DNA from: an uncultured Pelagibacteraceae bacterium
GTDB lineage: Bacteria > Pseudomonadota > Alphaproteobacteria > Pelagibacterales > Pelagibacteraceae
DNA length: 64,000 nucleotides
Direction of reading: 5' to 3'
Assembly (NCBI GenBank): GCA_902524995.1
Contig: CABZFJ010000004.1
Location: 7,560-71,559 of the forward strand
The notes under the pieces are model-generated. The model was not told the origin of the DNA, made no database searches, and saw nothing but the letters and a program-made list of their open reading frames with translations. The position numbers and the translations under genes are program-made. Positions 1-9,754 of this stretch are shown piece by piece; position 1 is the first letter of the stretch, and every line of letters begins with the position of its first letter.

Positions 1-68
1 TGAAAGAAAATTTGAAGTGAACACTTCAGGGGTTATTATTGGCTTTAGTTCTAGTGGATGTATTTAGT

Positions 69-91
69 CTTGTGGGGACTAGCCCCACAAG
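69..91 (-). terminator. Hairpin downstream of ibpA, probable terminator
   Basis: Perfect 9-bp stem CTTGTGGGG-actag-CCCCACAAG just past the ibpA stop; no clear U-tract. Confidence 0.6.
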
Positions 92-99
92 CAAGGAAC

Positions 100-546
100 T
101 TATTTAATTTCAATAAGTTTTTTTTTTTTATGATCTGGAATAATCCTCTCACATGCAATTGTTAAAAGACCATCTTTTAACTCTGCACCATTCACTTTTA
201 CATCATCAGCAATTGTAAATGATCTCGCAAATTGTCTTTGCGATATGCCCTTATGGATTATCTCACCATCTTGGTTTTCGTTTTCACTTCTATCAACTTG
301 TTTAGTTCTCACAGTTAATAGATTCTCTTCAAACTCTACCTCAACATCTTTTTTGCTAAAACCAGCTAAAGCAACCTCAATTGAGTAGTTATCTTTGCCA
401 GTTCTTCTTATGTTGTAAGGTGGGTAGTTTGATTGCATACTTAAACCACCATTGCCCAACATACTTTCAAATTGGTCAAACATATCGTCGAAACCAATTG
501 AGAAAGGCCGAAGTGAGTTGAAAATTGATAGATCCTTACTTGTCAT
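100..546 (-). CDS. ibpA: Small heat shock protein, Hsp20/IbpA family
   Basis: SIGFD, YPPYNI, IEVALAGF, HKGISQRQFARSF and LKDGLL motifs; strong AGGAGG SD. Confidence 0.95.
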   Translation of the reverse strand: MTSKDLSIFNSLRPFSIGFDDMFDQFESMLGNGGLSMQSNYPPYNIRRTGKDNYSIEVALAGFSKKDVEVEFEENLLTVRTKQVDRSENENQDGEIIHKGISQRQFARSFTIADDVKVNGAELKDGLLTIACERIIPDHKKKKLIEIK

Positions 547-603
547 ATTATCCTCCTTTAATTAAGCAAGTTTATTTATTGTTAGCCCCATTAGGCGACT
601 AAA
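547..603 (-). promoter_or_regulatory. ROSE-like RNA thermometer in the ibpA 5' UTR
   Basis: Minus strand reads hairpin TTAGTCGCCTAATGGGGCTAA, then CTTGCT-taattaa-AGGAGG; the U(U/C)GCU motif opposite the SD is the ROSE hallmark. Confidence 0.7.
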
Positions 604-609
604 GAAAAC

Positions 610-637
610 ATATAGTAATTAATTTTGACTTTTCAAG
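610..637 (-). promoter_or_regulatory. RpoH (sigma32) promoter of ibpA
   Basis: CTTGAA-16 nt-CTATAT matches the alphaproteobacterial sigma32 consensus; same motif upstream of groES. Confidence 0.8.
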
Positions 638-638
638 A

Positions 639-2720
639 TCAAGAGTTTAATTTTCCAGCTATTTTCAATACAAATGCGTAGTCTATTGCAATCTCTTCAA
701 TTGCTCCGTCTCTTCCAGATTTTCCTCCATGACCTGCATTCATTTCAGTTTTTAACAAAAGTAAATTGTTATCGGTTTTGTACTCTCTTAATTTTGCAGT
801 AAATTTTGCCGGCTCATCAAATAATACCCTGTTATCACTTAGACTTGTTGTTATTAAAATGTTTGGGTAATCCATCTTTTTAACATTGTTATAGGGTGCG
901 TATGAAAATATGTAATCAAAGTGTTCTTTTTTATCTTTAGCATTTCCAAATTCATCAAATTCACCAACTGTTAATGGCAATGAATGATCTAAGTTTGTAG
1001 TCAACGAGTCAACAAAAGGAACAGCCATAACAATACCTAAAAACAAATCAGGCGCTTGATTAACAACAGCTCCCATTAAAAGACCTCCAGCAGATCCTCC
1101 CATTCCAATAATGTTACCTTTAGACGTAAATTTTTTTTCAATTAAAAATTTTGCAGAAGCAATGTAATCCTCAAATGTATTTTTTTTGTTTAATAATTTT
1201 CCCTCTTTCCACCATTTCATTCCTTTTTCCATACCACCTCTAATATGAGAAGTTACCCATATAATATCCCGTTCTATTAAACTTATTCTTGTTGAAGAAA
1301 AACTTGGTGACATAGAACTACCGTAAGATCCATATCCATATAATAATAATTTTGCCGATCCATTTAATTTAGTTTTTTTATGTCTTGTTATTGTAAGAGG
1401 AACCATTCTTCCATCATGAGAAACACACTCTAGTCTTTCAACTATGTAATCATCAGAATTATGGCCACTAGGAATCTTTTGTTCTTTAACTAATTTTTTC
1501 TCTTTTGTTTTAAGATTATATTGATAAGTCCTTCCAGGAGTTTTTGGTGATGAATATGATAAATAAACCGTATCGGTATTTCTATCTCTTTGGGTTAACG
1601 AAACACCAGGCACTATAACTTTTTCATCTGAAAAAAATATTTCTTCTTCGTCATTATTTTGTGGATTTCTTAATATTAATTTTGATAATGCATTAGAAGT
1701 TTCAGACCTTATTATCCAGTTATCTAAGAAAATTAATCCACCAATTAAAACCTCTTCTCTTGCAGGTATAAATGTTTCCCAGTCCTTTTTTTCTAAATCA
1801 GTTGTTTTTTCAATCTTAAAATCCTCTGCATCTTCATTTGTATGTTTATAGAAATTACTGTTCCATGAATTAACTGAATATATTATCCCTCTTTTTCTTT
1901 TATCAATTAGTTTCGGTTTCGGAGTCATTTCATCAGCTTTAAAATAATACTGTTCGGAAGTATTATGATCAGATGAAGTAATAAAAAAGTACTTTTCATC
2001 AGAGCTAAGTCCTATCCCTACAGTAAATGCTTCACTTTCTTCTTTAAAAATAAGAATATCCTTACTAGTAGGAGCCCCAATTTCGTGTCTGAAAATTTCT
2101 CTCGGTCTATGATTGTCATCAAGCTTTGAGTAAAAAATATATTTGTCATCTAAGCTAAATGTTATTCCGCCACTAGTATTTTCAATTTTTTCACCAACTT
2201 GCTCTCTAGTTTTAATATCCCTTATATGTATTGTATAATATTCAGATCCTTTTAAATCTAATGAATATGCTAATAATTTATCATTATAGCTAACTTCCAA
2301 GTCTCCAAGCCCAAAATATTCTGTTTTAAGCTTTTCTTTTTCTAAATCACCATTCCAAATTTCCTCTATTTCTCCAGTGTCAATTTTTTTTCTTAACTTT
2401 ATAGAATAGTTTCCTTTTGTTGTTGTTTTTGTCCAGTAGCTATATCTTACATCCTTAAAGGGAAGAGATTCATCATCAAGTTTAATTCTTCCTTTAATTT
2501 CATTGAATAAAAGTTTTTGAATTTCTTTTGTATCTGACATTTGATAACTAAAATAATCATTTTCATCTTCAAGATATTTTCTGACCTCTGGTAACAATTT
2601 TGAACTGTCTTTCAATACTTCAAGTATATTTTCCTGATGTATCCAACTATAATCGTCTTCCCAGGTTACGTTGTGACAAGATTTTAATTCTGGTTTTTTT
2701 TTAAGCTGTGGTATTTTCAT
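639..2720 (-). CDS. ptrB: Oligopeptidase B (S9A serine peptidase)
   Basis: DDYSW N-terminus, YGYGSYG, GGSAGG nucleophile, DNRV, AGHGG. Confidence 0.93.
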   Translation of the reverse strand: MKIPQLKKKPELKSCHNVTWEDDYSWIHQENILEVLKDSSKLLPEVRKYLEDENDYFSYQMSDTKEIQKLLFNEIKGRIKLDDESLPFKDVRYSYWTKTTTKGNYSIKLRKKIDTGEIEEIWNGDLEKEKLKTEYFGLGDLEVSYNDKLLAYSLDLKGSEYYTIHIRDIKTREQVGEKIENTSGGITFSLDDKYIFYSKLDDNHRPREIFRHEIGAPTSKDILIFKEESEAFTVGIGLSSDEKYFFITSSDHNTSEQYYFKADEMTPKPKLIDKRKRGIIYSVNSWNSNFYKHTNEDAEDFKIEKTTDLEKKDWETFIPAREEVLIGGLIFLDNWIIRSETSNALSKLILRNPQNNDEEEIFFSDEKVIVPGVSLTQRDRNTDTVYLSYSSPKTPGRTYQYNLKTKEKKLVKEQKIPSGHNSDDYIVERLECVSHDGRMVPLTITRHKKTKLNGSAKLLLYGYGSYGSSMSPSFSSTRISLIERDIIWVTSHIRGGMEKGMKWWKEGKLLNKKNTFEDYIASAKFLIEKKFTSKGNIIGMGGSAGGLLMGAVVNQAPDLFLGIVMAVPFVDSLTTNLDHSLPLTVGEFDEFGNAKDKKEHFDYIFSYAPYNNVKKMDYPNILITTSLSDNRVLFDEPAKFTAKLREYKTDNNLLLLKTEMNAGHGGKSGRDGAIEEIAIDYAFVLKIAGKLNS

Positions 2721-2737
2721 TTAAATTTAATTAATTT

Positions 2738-3247
2738 ATGAATATTTTTTTTGCAATACTAATAATTTTTATAATTCTATATATTTTATTGAATTGGTTT
2801 GCCAAAACTTCAACAAAAAAAATATCAAAATTTGTAAGAATATTTATTATAATTTCTTCAATAATGTTAGCAGTAATAATGGCATATGCTGGAAGGTATG
2901 TCTTTTCATTGCCTTTTATGTTGGCCATTTTGCCCTTAATAAAGACAAAAGCTGGTATTTCGTTATTTCAATTGTTTAGATTGTGGGGCCTTTTAAGAGT
3001 ATTGAAAAATTCTGGAAGGTTTAATTTTAACCAGTTTAACCAGAATGTTTCATCCCAAGCAATGTCTATTGATGAATCTTATAGAATTTTAAATTTAGAC
3101 CCCAAAAAAAAATATACGAAGGAAGAAGTATTACAATCTTATAAAAAAATAATGAAAAAAATACACCCCGATAGAAGTCCAGAATTAAATAACATTGCCA
3201 CATTGGTAAATGAAGCCAAAGACAATGTTATTAAAAATATTATTTAA
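2738..3247 (+). CDS. Membrane-anchored protein with C-terminal DnaJ domain
   Basis: Hydrophobic N-terminal helices; ILNL...HPDR J-domain motif. Confidence 0.85.
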   Translation: MNIFFAILIIFIILYILLNWFAKTSTKKISKFVRIFIIISSIMLAVIMAYAGRYVFSLPFMLAILPLIKTKAGISLFQLFRLWGLLRVLKNSGRFNFNQFNQNVSSQAMSIDESYRILNLDPKKKYTKEEVLQSYKKIMKKIHPDRSPELNNIATLVNEAKDNVIKNII

Positions 3248-4199
3248 TTAAGCTTTGAAATTTCTCAAAGATTTTTAAAGGATTTATTTGCTCTTTACCG
3301 TCCGTTCCATGAGTAACCTTTTCAATACCATCTGGCATAATAGGATGCATTTTAGAACTATAACTTCCATATATTAGTGGGGTATCCGACATTAATACAA
3401 TAGTTGGTTTTCCTAAACCAGCAGATAAATGGCTGAAACTTGAGTCATTACAAACAGCAATATTGCAATTTTTAATTACAGGTAAAGTTTCAGAAATACT
3501 AATTTCATTTAAAGGAGTACATATATTATTATGATAATTTAAAATTTCATTCATAATTTCAATTTCTTCATTTTTGTTACCTGTAGCTAAAAAAAACCTA
3601 CATTTAAAATTTTTTAAACATAAATTCATAAACTCTATAAATATTTTTGGAGGAATTCTTTTTGTTGGTCCGGATCCACCAATTCCTAATAATATATTTT
3701 TCACATCAGCGCTAAAATTAAATTTTACTTTTATATTTTGAACATTTTCATCTTTAATATAGATGATTGGGTCACTTTTAATTTCTAGATTAAATTTATT
3801 TTTTAATAAATTATTAGCGGCATTTAAAATATGCTGGTTTTTTTTTTCTAATAACGGGTATTGATAAATATCATTAATACCTGCAAACTTACAAACTAGA
3901 TTATATCTTAGGGAGGAATTGAAAATTAATACTTTGTCAAATTGATGTTTTTTAATTTCAGAAACTAGTCGAAAGAAACCGCTAAATCCGTCGTGAAAAT
4001 TTTTCTTAGTTTGATCTCTTTTTAAAATAATAATTTCTTTAATATATTTATTATCTTTAATTAAGTGTTCAGCTTTTGAATTTTCTTTTACTAATAAAGT
4101 TACTTGACTCTTATATTTTTTTGCAACGGCTTCTATATAAGGAAGAAATATTACCATATCACCAATGCCCATCCTGTTTTGAATTGCTAAGATTTTCAT
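3240..4199 (-). CDS. Glycosyltransferase family 9 (heptosyltransferase-like)
   Basis: MKIL..GIGDMV N-terminus; NDSSFSHLSAGLGKPTI motif. Confidence 0.85.
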   Translation of the reverse strand: MKILAIQNRMGIGDMVIFLPYIEAVAKKYKSQVTLLVKENSKAEHLIKDNKYIKEIIILKRDQTKKNFHDGFSGFFRLVSEIKKHQFDKVLIFNSSLRYNLVCKFAGINDIYQYPLLEKKNQHILNAANNLLKNKFNLEIKSDPIIYIKDENVQNIKVKFNFSADVKNILLGIGGSGPTKRIPPKIFIEFMNLCLKNFKCRFFLATGNKNEEIEIMNEILNYHNNICTPLNEISISETLPVIKNCNIAVCNDSSFSHLSAGLGKPTIVLMSDTPLIYGSYSSKMHPIMPDGIEKVTHGTDGKEQINPLKIFEKFQSLIK

Positions 4200-4247
4200 A
4201 TGTTTTTAAAACCTTTACTATTTTATATTTTTATATAAATTTTTGGT

Positions 4248-5132
4248 ATGGGATATTTCAATGGTATTTATGCGGCAAGCCTTTCGATACTTGATAATAA
4301 TTTACAATTAGACTGTGAAAAAACCCTAAAACATGCTGAAAATCTAATTGAAAAAGGTTGCCACGGTGTAATATTTTTTGGCAGCACTGGCCAATCTCAA
4401 TTAATTTCGTTAAGCGAGAAAATTAAACTCATAAATATTTTACCTAAAAGCAAACACAAAGATAAATTTATAATTGGAACTGGTCTAAATTCGTTGGGAG
4501 ATAATATTAATTTACTTAATATTTCAAAATCAATCGGTTTTGAAAATTTTTTAGTTATGCCACCGGCATATTATAAATATAACGATAGTGATGTTTTTAA
4601 TTTTTATTCTAAATTAATAGAAAATATCAAAGATTGTAGAATAATTTTATATAATTTCGAAAAGTTATCTGGATATAAATTTAGTATAGAATGTGTTTTA
4701 AATTTAGCTGAAAACTTTCCTAACCATGTTCTTGGAGTAAAGGATAGTAGTTACAACTTATATGAAAATTTAAAGATTGAAAATTTTTCTATTATGCCCG
4801 GATCTGAAAGTAAATTATTAAAAGGCTTAGAATATGGATGCTCAGGTATTATTACAGCTACAACGAATGTAACGTCTTATTTAGCAAGGGATGTATATGA
4901 TAAATTTAAAAATAATTTAAATCAAACATCGAACGAAAAACTTTGTATGGTGAGAAGTATATTTGACAAATATAATCTGATTTCAGGCTTGCACACATTC
5001 ATGAGCACAGAAGATTCTGATTTTAAAAATTTAATTCCACCATTAAAACTTTTATCTAAAGATGAAGAAAAATTATTTTTTTCAGAATTAGATAAATTAA
5101 ATTTTAGTATAAATAACCTTAAAGCAGCTTAA
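4248..5132 (+). CDS. Dihydrodipicolinate synthase-family (DapA-like) class I aldolase
   Basis: GSTGQ, PPAYY, LYNF, GVKDSS (Schiff-base Lys); substrate uncertain. Confidence 0.85.
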   Translation: MGYFNGIYAASLSILDNNLQLDCEKTLKHAENLIEKGCHGVIFFGSTGQSQLISLSEKIKLINILPKSKHKDKFIIGTGLNSLGDNINLLNISKSIGFENFLVMPPAYYKYNDSDVFNFYSKLIENIKDCRIILYNFEKLSGYKFSIECVLNLAENFPNHVLGVKDSSYNLYENLKIENFSIMPGSESKLLKGLEYGCSGIITATTNVTSYLARDVYDKFKNNLNQTSNEKLCMVRSIFDKYNLISGLHTFMSTEDSDFKNLIPPLKLLSKDEEKLFFSELDKLNFSINNLKAA

Positions 5133-6319
5133 TGAAACTTATAAATTTTTTAAATGATTTATTTAAATATGATGGCTTTATCTTAATAGATTATAATTCT
5201 AATAGGTATGTAATAGGAAAGCCTTTGAAAGAAACCCCAATAGAATTACAATTATTAGAGAAGAGCTTGCATAAAAAACTACTTTTCCATCCAGATCTAT
5301 ATTTTGGAGAAGCATATACAAATGGTTCTTTAAGATTAAAAAATGGAACTTTGACAGAATTTCTTGATATAGCTTTTAAAAATATTGGAAGAGCAAATAT
5401 TAATATTTATGGAAAGATTTTAAATAAATTAAAGGGAACTCTTACATACTTAACTAGTTTTAATAAAATTATTAATTCTAAACAAAATATTGTACACCAT
5501 TATGATATTTCAGAAAAATTATATGATTTATTTCTTGATAAAAAAAGACAATATTCATGCGCGTACTTCAAAAATGAAAATGACACTTTAGAAGCTGCTC
5601 AAGAAAATAAAATTGATCACATAATAAAAAAACTCCATATACAGCCTAACCAAAAAGTTTTAGATATTGGCTCAGGTTGGGGAACACTTGCAATTGACAT
5701 TGCAAAACAAACAAAAGCTTCTGTAACTGGAATTACACTTTCAGAAAATCAATTAAAATATAGTAAAGAAAAAGCTAAAGAATTAAATTTAGATAATCAA
5801 GTTGAATTTAAACTATTAGATTACAGACAATTTAATGAAAAATTTGATAGGATAGTTAGCGTTGGAATGTTTGAACATGTTGGAAAAAAATTCTATCAAA
5901 CATATTTTAATAGAGTGTCTAAAATGTTAAAAAAAGATGGCGTAGCCCTGATACACACAATTGGATCAAATCTTCCACCGAGAGACCCACAGCCTTGGAT
6001 AACAAAATATATATTCCCCGGCGGATATACCCCGAGTTTAAGCGAAATAGTAAGGCCAATTGAGGATTCTGGACTGATAGCTACAGATATAGAGATCTTA
6101 AGGATGCACTATGCCCACACTTTAAGAAATTGGAAAGAAAGATTCCTCTCAAAAAAAGACGAAGTTTTAGAAATGTTTGATGAAAAATTTTTGAGGATGT
6201 GGGAATTTTATCTTACAAGTTGTGAAATGGCTTTTAAATGGGGAGATCAAGTTGTATTTCAACTTCAGCTTACTAAAGATATAAGATCTGTTCCTAATAC
6301 TAGAGACTATATTTATTAA
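5132..6319 (+). CDS. cfa: Cyclopropane-fatty-acyl-phospholipid synthase
   Basis: HHYD, YSCAYF, VLDIGSGWG, SVGMFEHVG, YIFPGG, RMWEFYL. Confidence 0.93.
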   Translation: MKLINFLNDLFKYDGFILIDYNSNRYVIGKPLKETPIELQLLEKSLHKKLLFHPDLYFGEAYTNGSLRLKNGTLTEFLDIAFKNIGRANINIYGKILNKLKGTLTYLTSFNKIINSKQNIVHHYDISEKLYDLFLDKKRQYSCAYFKNENDTLEAAQENKIDHIIKKLHIQPNQKVLDIGSGWGTLAIDIAKQTKASVTGITLSENQLKYSKEKAKELNLDNQVEFKLLDYRQFNEKFDRIVSVGMFEHVGKKFYQTYFNRVSKMLKKDGVALIHTIGSNLPPRDPQPWITKYIFPGGYTPSLSEIVRPIEDSGLIATDIEILRMHYAHTLRNWKERFLSKKDEVLEMFDEKFLRMWEFYLTSCEMAFKWGDQVVFQLQLTKDIRSVPNTRDYIY

Positions 6320-6348
6320 AAATTAGCTGATAAGGCTGTATTTCTTAA

Positions 6349-7527
6349 ATGAAAAAAAAGAAAAAAAAATCTAAAAAAAAAAATCTAAAAATAAAGGTTA
6401 AAAAATCAAAAAATAAATCTAAGTCAAAATTTAAAAAAAAAAGATCAAAATTAAAAAAAAAAACTACAAAAAGATTAAACCAAAGAAAAAAAATTAAAAA
6501 AGTTAAAAAAAAGATAACTCCTGAAAAAGGTATAATTTCAAGAACAGTTAGACTCGAGGAAGATTTAAAAAATAAGTTTTCTTTCAAATTTAATTTTAAT
6601 TTACTGGCAATTGATAAATTAATACAAAAATTTTTTCAAAGTATAGAATTTAGATTAATTCGTTTTAAAGAGATAAGAGCTGAGGAAAAAAGACAGATTA
6701 AACTAGAGAAAATAGAACAGGCAGAAAAAGAAAAAATCGAAATTGAGAAACAAAAGAAAGAAGATGAGGCAGCTTTTTTAAAAGAAAAGGAAATTCAGTT
6801 AAAACAAGAACAAAAATTAGAGAGAGAAAGAGCAAAGGATATAAAATTATTTTTAAGAAAAGAACAGGCCATACTAAGAAAAGAGCAGGCGGAGAGACAA
6901 AAGAAATTTTTACAAGAATTAAAATTAGAAAAACAAATTGAAAAATTTAGAATAAGAGAGGTAAAAGAACTAGAACAACTTGAAAAATTAGCTTTAAGAG
7001 AAAAGAGAGAAGAGTATTCAGGATTACAAGAGCGTATCGAAAAACTAAAATTAAAATATCAACAAATAAGAGATCAAAAAATAAGAGAACGAGTTGAGGC
7101 GCTAGGTGTAGAAACACAAGAAGGAGACGATAGAGCAAAATTACTTCAAAGAGAAAGAGAGTATACTTTAGCTAGGCAAAAAATTGAGTTTGCACTTGAA
7201 AGTTTTTATAGAAGTGCGAATAGTTTAGTTTTTCAACTTAATAAAAGGTATATAACTAAACATATGTCTATCTTTAGATGCATAGATAGAAGATTTGAAA
7301 CTGGAGAGATTTTCATAAAATGGGATGAGACAATTGATGATGAATGGTTAATACTAATTTATATCAAAAATAATTCTCCAGATGAAGGTATAGTCATTGA
7401 AGATAAAACAAATGAAGAAAATAATATTTCACACGAATTTAAACCAAGCGAAGTTTTTAAAGCCTCAGATTTAATGGTAGACTCATTAACACAGCTGATT
7501 GCAAAAAAAAGATCTAAGAATAGTTAA
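6349..7527 (+). CDS. Hypothetical protein: Lys-rich N-terminus, long charged coiled coil, C-terminal globular domain
   Basis: 392-aa ORF filling the gap between cfa and the TPR gene; start codon uncertain. Confidence 0.75.
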   Translation: MKKKKKKSKKKNLKIKVKKSKNKSKSKFKKKRSKLKKKTTKRLNQRKKIKKVKKKITPEKGIISRTVRLEEDLKNKFSFKFNFNLLAIDKLIQKFFQSIEFRLIRFKEIRAEEKRQIKLEKIEQAEKEKIEIEKQKKEDEAAFLKEKEIQLKQEQKLERERAKDIKLFLRKEQAILRKEQAERQKKFLQELKLEKQIEKFRIREVKELEQLEKLALREKREEYSGLQERIEKLKLKYQQIRDQKIRERVEALGVETQEGDDRAKLLQREREYTLARQKIEFALESFYRSANSLVFQLNKRYITKHMSIFRCIDRRFETGEIFIKWDETIDDEWLILIYIKNNSPDEGIVIEDKTNEENNISHEFKPSEVFKASDLMVDSLTQLIAKKRSKNS

Positions 7528-8072
7528 ATTTGTTGGTCTTTGATAATTTTTTCTATTAACTTAATATTTTCTCCACTTTTGATTAATGGATAAATTGATT
7601 TCGCTTTTCTCAAGTCATCAACTGCTTTTTCATATTCCTTTAAGCTTAAGTATATTTGCGCTCGTCCGGATAACGCTCCAAAATGTCTTGGTTCTAGATC
7701 TAAAACTTTTTCAATATCATCTAACGATTTTTCATAATCCCCTAATATAAATAGCAACGTTGCTCGCTTATTCCAACCTTCTGCCCATTTTGGGTCCTCA
7801 TTAATCACATCAGTAAATAGTTTCAATGCCATTCTGTACTGCTGATGGTACATGGAATAAGTTCCATTCTCTAATTTGTTCGTCAGATAGTCATTGTTTG
7901 GATGTCTTGTCCAATTATTCCAAATTTGATCCTCTAGCCTTTCCGCTTGTTGTAAATTTTTTGCATTAAGTAATTCTTTAAATAATATATTTATGTTGTC
8001 TGAGAATGCATTATTTGCACTGAGAAACAAAAATATAATTACAAAATTTATATGTTTTTTAATCACTGACAT
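7524..8072 (-). CDS. Secreted TPR-repeat protein
   Basis: Signal peptide (..ANNAFS); WAEGWNKRAT and LEPRHFGALSG TPR signatures. Confidence 0.85.
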   Translation of the reverse strand: MSVIKKHINFVIIFLFLSANNAFSDNINILFKELLNAKNLQQAERLEDQIWNNWTRHPNNDYLTNKLENGTYSMYHQQYRMALKLFTDVINEDPKWAEGWNKRATLLFILGDYEKSLDDIEKVLDLEPRHFGALSGRAQIYLSLKEYEKAVDDLRKAKSIYPLIKSGENIKLIEKIIKDQQI

Positions 8073-9483
8073 ATACAGATACTCCTCTAGAATTAATGTC
8101 TACATCAAATTTTTTATGTAATGGAGGAAAAGCTCTTTGAGAACAATCTAGTCTATCACAAGTTCTACATGAAACCCCTACAGGTATCTCTGATTTTTTA
8201 TCATTCAAATCTAAGTTTTCCGTATAAACAAAATCCCTTGCATATTTGGCTTCACATCCAAGACCAATAGATAACATACTTTTTTTTTGTCCATATCTTC
8301 CTATACCTTTTTCAACTGTTCTTGCTATACATACGTACTTCTCACCATTAGTCATTTTACTCACTGCAGCTTGTATAACACCAGGTCTAGAAAAAGCCGA
8401 ATACACATTCCATCGAGGGCAAGCACCACCATAACGCGGTATTTCAATTCCTGACAATGAAAATCTTTTTGAAATATTACCAGCTACATCAACTCTCAAA
8501 AAATGAAAAGGAACCCCAGGTAATTTTGGATCGTTCAAACATGTAACTCTATGTGTGACTTGTTCGAATGAAGTTGCAAAAGTATTTTGCAATAACTCTA
8601 GATCGTATTTAAGTTTTTTACATTCAGAATGAAATAATTTGTAGGGCATTAAAATTGCTGCTCCACAGTAATTTAATAAAGCAACTTTTGTTAATTTTTT
8701 CGACTCTTCATTTGGATAACTAAAAGTATCAAGATAAGAATTAATAATGTCGCTAGCTCCCTCTTGTGCAATTTGAGCTGCAGCATGTAATTTTTTTGTT
8801 TCCAAAGATAAATAATCAGACAATAGTAATTTTCTGTTTTTTTTATAATAAATTTTTGAGAATGGTCTTCCTTCCTCAGGAATTATATCTTGTACTTCAA
8901 TTTTATACTCTGATTTTAAATAATCACATAAAGCAATATATCTTGTTCTATTATTTTGTTTTATTTGATCAAAGATTTGATTTGCAAATTCTTCTAGCTT
9001 TGGAAAAAAATTTCTGTTTTCTTGCAAAAAATCTGAAATTACTTCACCAGGAAATGAATTTTTTCTATTATCTACAATTTTTCCTGAAAGTTTTTCAATC
9101 TTGTTAACCAATTCATGATCTTTCTTTTTTAATATATCTCCTAACCTAATTAAGGCTTTACCAATTTTTGGATTACTACTAGCAAGATCCTTAACTTCTG
9201 GGCCAACAATGTCTAAATCTTCAAACAGCTGATCATCAAGCAACTCTGATATTGTATTGACCATATTAACATCAGATTTATTTGTAAGATCACTAATATC
9301 AATTCTTAACTCCTCACATATTTTTAGAAGCAATTCTCCATCAATTTTTCTTTTGCCACCTTCGATTAAAGCTAAATAGCTTGGTGATATGTTTAGTTGT
9401 GATGCAAGTTTGTTAGCTTGTAGACCCAGTTGTCGTCTAAAAGACTTAATTTTTGGCCCTATATTTAGTTCTAATTGACTCAT
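8059..9483 (-). CDS. XRE-HTH short-chain fatty acyl-CoA regulator (RamB/ScfR family)
   Basis: ISPSYLALIEGGKR HTH, SFEQVTHR, GGACPRW, C-terminal CRTCDRLDCSQRAFP; divergent from aceA. Confidence 0.9.
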   Translation of the reverse strand: MSQLELNIGPKIKSFRRQLGLQANKLASQLNISPSYLALIEGGKRKIDGELLLKICEELRIDISDLTNKSDVNMVNTISELLDDQLFEDLDIVGPEVKDLASSNPKIGKALIRLGDILKKKDHELVNKIEKLSGKIVDNRKNSFPGEVISDFLQENRNFFPKLEEFANQIFDQIKQNNRTRYIALCDYLKSEYKIEVQDIIPEEGRPFSKIYYKKNRKLLLSDYLSLETKKLHAAAQIAQEGASDIINSYLDTFSYPNEESKKLTKVALLNYCGAAILMPYKLFHSECKKLKYDLELLQNTFATSFEQVTHRVTCLNDPKLPGVPFHFLRVDVAGNISKRFSLSGIEIPRYGGACPRWNVYSAFSRPGVIQAAVSKMTNGEKYVCIARTVEKGIGRYGQKKSMLSIGLGCEAKYARDFVYTENLDLNDKKSEIPVGVSCRTCDRLDCSQRAFPPLHKKFDVDINSRGVSVYVSD

Positions 9484-9489
9484 TTACTA

Positions 9490-9520
9490 TTTGTAAACTT
9501 TGTAAATTATTATTTACAAA
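9490..9520. promoter_or_regulatory. Putative RamB/ScfR operator 1
   Basis: TTTGTAAAcTTTGTAAAttattaTTTACAAA: direct plus inverted TTTGTAAA units. Confidence 0.65.
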
Positions 9521-9562
9521 AAATTTATTGTATTTACTTAATTTTTAACATTTTTTGTGGAT

Positions 9563-9593
9563 TTTGTAAACATTGTAAATTATAAAGTTTACA
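9563..9593. promoter_or_regulatory. Putative RamB/ScfR operator 2 overlapping a -10 (TATAAA 9581-9586)
   Basis: TTTGTAAAcaTTGTAAAttataaagTTTACA, near copy of operator 1. Confidence 0.6.
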
Positions 9594-9754
9594 TGGATAA
9601 AAACAAAACAAATCACACTGAAATAAGCTCTCAAACTACTAATCACCAGGAGCATCAAGATCATAAAAGCAGAGGGGTATATTTAAGAGACGATCACTGC
9701 GACTGGGGTTCAAGCGGAATGAATGAGTTTACTGAAGAATATAACGATAAATAA
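9593..9754 (+). CDS. Small hydrophilic ORF (53 aa) upstream of aceA, probably leaderless
   Basis: ATG 6 nt after TATAAA; open frame with higher GC than the flanking intergenic DNA; the ORF track starts it at GTG 9557, upstream of operator 2. Confidence 0.5.
   Translation: MDKNKTNHTEISSQTTNHQEHQDHKSRGVYLRDDHCDWGSSGMNEFTEEYNDK

Noticed and set aside
6345-6587. Phe-rich 80-aa minus-strand ORF
   Set aside because: Antisense shadow of the poly-Lys (AAA) codons
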